Shown one piece after another: positions 61,901-64,000 of a stretch of DNA of 64,000 nucleotides (position 1 is the first letter of the stretch; every line of letters starts with the position of its first letter). Made by a program: the position numbers and the translations under genes. The DNA is from the human T2T-CHM13v2.0 reference genome, Homo sapiens. The stretch lies in the NCBI RefSeq assembly GCF_009914755.1, contig NC_060933.1; one strand, written 5' to 3'. The notes beneath the pieces were generated by a model. That model did no database searches, was not told the origin of the DNA, and worked only from the letters and a program-made list of their open reading frames with translations.

Positions 61901-64000
61901 GGAATGGAATGGAAAGGAATGGAATGGAATGGAGTGGAATGGAATGGAATGGAATGGAATGCATTGGAATTGAATCAACCCGAGTGCAATCGAATGGAAT
62001 CGAATGGAATGGAATGCAATGGAATGGATTCAACTTGAATGGACTGGAGAGAATGGAATCAACACGAGTGGAATGGCATGGATCGGAATGGAATGGAATG
62101 GAGTCAACAAGAGTACATGGGAATGCAATGGAATGGAATGCAATGGAATGGAATCATCCGTAATGGAATGGAAAGGAATGGAATGGAATAGAATGGAATG
62201 GAATGGAATGGAATGCAATGGAATGGAATGGAATGGAATCAACTCAATTGCAATCGAATGGAATGGAATGGAAGTAACCCGAATACAATGGAATGGAATG
62301 GAATGTAACGGAACGGAATGGAATGGAATGGAATGGAATGGAATGGAATGGAATGGAACGGAACGGAATGGAATGGAATGGAATGGAATGGAATGGAATC
62401 AACGCGAGTGCAGGGGAATGGAATGGAATGGAATGCAATGGAATGGAACCTTCTGGAATGGAATGGAATGGAATGGAATGGAATGAAATGCAATGGATTC
62501 AACTCGATTGCAATGGAATGGAATAGAATGGAATGTAATGGAATGGAATGGAATTAACCCGAATAGAATGGAATGTAATGGAATGGAACAGAATGTAACG
62601 GTATGGAATGGAATGGAATAGAATTGAATGGAATGCAATGGAATGGTATGGAATGGAATGAAATGGTACGGAATAGAATGGAATGGAACGAATTGTAATG
62701 GAATGGAATTGAATGGAATGGAATGCAATGGAATGGAATCAACGCGAGTGTAGGGGAATGTAATGGAACGGAATGCAATGGAATGGAATCATCCGGAATG
62801 GAATGGAATGGAATGGAATGGAATGGAATGGAATGGAATCAACCCGAGTGCAATGGAATTGAGTGGAATGGAATGGAATGGAATGGAACAACCCGAATGG
62901 AATGGAATGTAATGGAGAGTAAGGGAGTTGAATAGAATCAATCCAAATGTAATGGAATGGAATGTAACGGATTGGAATGGAATGGAATGGAATGGAATGC
63001 AATGGAATGGAATGGATTCAACTCGAATGGAATGGAAAGGAATGGAATCAACCCGAGAGGAATGGCATGGATTGGAATGGAATGGAATGGAATGGAATGG
63101 AACGGAATGGAATGGAATGCAATGGAATGGAATGGTACGGAATAGAATGGAATGGAACGGTATGGAATGGAATGCAATGGAATGGAATGGAATGGAATGA
63201 ACCCGAGTGCAGGGGAATGGAATGGAATGGAATGCAATGGAATGGAATCAACCCGAGTGGAAAGGAATGGAAAGGACTGGAATGGAATGGAATCTAATGG
63301 AATGGAATGGAATGGAATGGAATAAACCCTAGTGCAATGGAATGGAGAGGAGTGGAATGGAATGGAATGGAAACTATCCGAATGGAATGGAATGTAATGG
63401 AGTGTAAGGGAATTGAATAGAATCAATCCGAATGTAATGGAATGGAATGGAACGGAATGGAATGGAATGGAATGGAATGGAATGCAATGGAATGGAATCA
63501 ACCCGAGTGCAATCGAATGGAATCGAATGGAATGGAATGCAATGGAATGGAATGGTATCAACCCGAGTGCAATGGAATGGAGAGGAATGGAATGGAATGG
63601 AATGGAAACTACTCGAATGGAATGGAATGTAATGGAGTGTAAGGGAATTGAATAGAATGAATCCGAATGTAATGGAATGGAATGGAACGGAATGGAATGG
63701 AATAGAATGGAATGGAATGGAATGGAATGGAATGCAATGGAATGGAATCAACCCGAGTGCAATCGAATGGAATCCAATGGAATGGAATGCAATGGAATGG
63801 ATTCAACTTGAATGGAATGGAAAGAATGGAATCAACACGAGTGGAATGGCATGGAATGGAATGGAATGGAATGGAATCAACCCGAGTACAGGGGAATGGA
63901 ATGGAATGGAATGCAATGGAATGGAATCATCCGTAATGTAATGGAAAGGAATGGAATAGAATGGAATGGAATGGAATGGAATGGAATGGAATGGAATCAA

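Larger units (their letters stand above)
1..64000 (+). repeat. Human Satellite 3 (HSat3/SatIII) pericentromeric array, (GGAAT)n with interspersed CAACCCGAGT/CAACTCGATT/TAACCCGAAT decamers; G-rich strand is +
   Basis: Every line is GGAAT pentamers or 1-2 nt variants (GCAAT, GTAAT, GGAAC, AGAAT, GGAGT). The CAACCCGA[G/A]T decamer that defines classical Satellite 3 recurs every ~50-200 bp. No unique sequence is present, the orientation never switches, and both window ends lie inside the array. Confidence 0.98.
1..64000 (+). ncRNA. Potential template for stress-induced G-rich SatIII lncRNA (GGAAU repeats); transcript boundaries not definable
   Basis: Established knowledge: HSF1 drives Pol II transcription of the G-rich strand of SatIII (mainly 9q12) in nuclear stress bodies. 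The sequence shows the matching strand and HSE motifs, but sequence alone cannot show that this block is transcribed. Confidence 0.35.

Noticed and set aside
31218-62459. Claim of purifying selection on the HSE core
   Set aside because: Only about seven variant copies were seen, three break the core, and some n-position changes are ordinary CpG decay. This is too little evidence to support selection.
738-63670. X/Y words as CRISPR-like direct repeats with spacers
   Set aside because: The intervals are satellite pentamers of highly variable length, not unique ~30-40 bp spacers; there are no cas genes and the context is eukaryotic satellite.
1-64000. Hundreds of ORFs of 60-402 aa on both strands as protein-coding genes
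   Set aside because: GGAAT and ATTCC repeats have no stop codon in any frame and the + strand has an ATG every 5 bp. All products are MEWNG/IPFHS repeats overlapping in all frames, with no domain or exon structure.
1-64000. HSat2, alpha satellite, telomeric repeat or DYZ1-like fixed 3.6-kb unit
   Set aside because: There is no dominant CATTCGATTC/GATGAT-type HSat2 unit, no 171-bp alphoid monomer or CENP-B box, no TTAGGG tract, and no constant multi-kb period.
1-64000. EWS-FLI1 GGAA microsatellite or ETS site array
   Set aside because: The repeat is a 5-mer, not tandem GGAA tetramers, and the CCGGAAT words lack the GGAAG[T/C] consensus.
1-64000. Embedded transposon, viral or unique-sequence insertion
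   Set aside because: No poly(A) tail, target-site duplication, terminal repeat or non-pentamer stretch longer than a few tens of bases was seen.

Overview
The whole 64-kb window is one uninterrupted, single-orientation block of primate (most likely human) Satellite 3 (HSat3/SatIII). It consists of diverged (GGAAT)n pentamers on the + strand, punctuated by CAACCCGAGT-type decamers. I found no credible protein-coding gene, RNA gene, transposon, CRISPR array or strand inversion. All listed ORFs are the MEWNG (+) or IPFHS (-) pentapeptide read-through expected from a stop-free 5-mer. The array is assembled from a small vocabulary of longer cassettes (here called P, X/Y, Z, W and a 55-bp GCAGG..C[A/T]TCC module), shuffled by local tandem duplications (50 bp to ~2.3 kb) and long-range copies (7.5-49 kb apart), with no fixed higher-order repeat. 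Cassette P resembles, from memory, the chromosome-9 pHuR98 SatIII probe region. The most notable functional signal is that one module variant, gGAAt-cTTCc-gGAAt, is a perfect three-unit heat-shock element; about 37 copies are distributed unevenly across the window. I see no evidence for a new gene-based system. All counts and coordinates were read by eye and should be recomputed.
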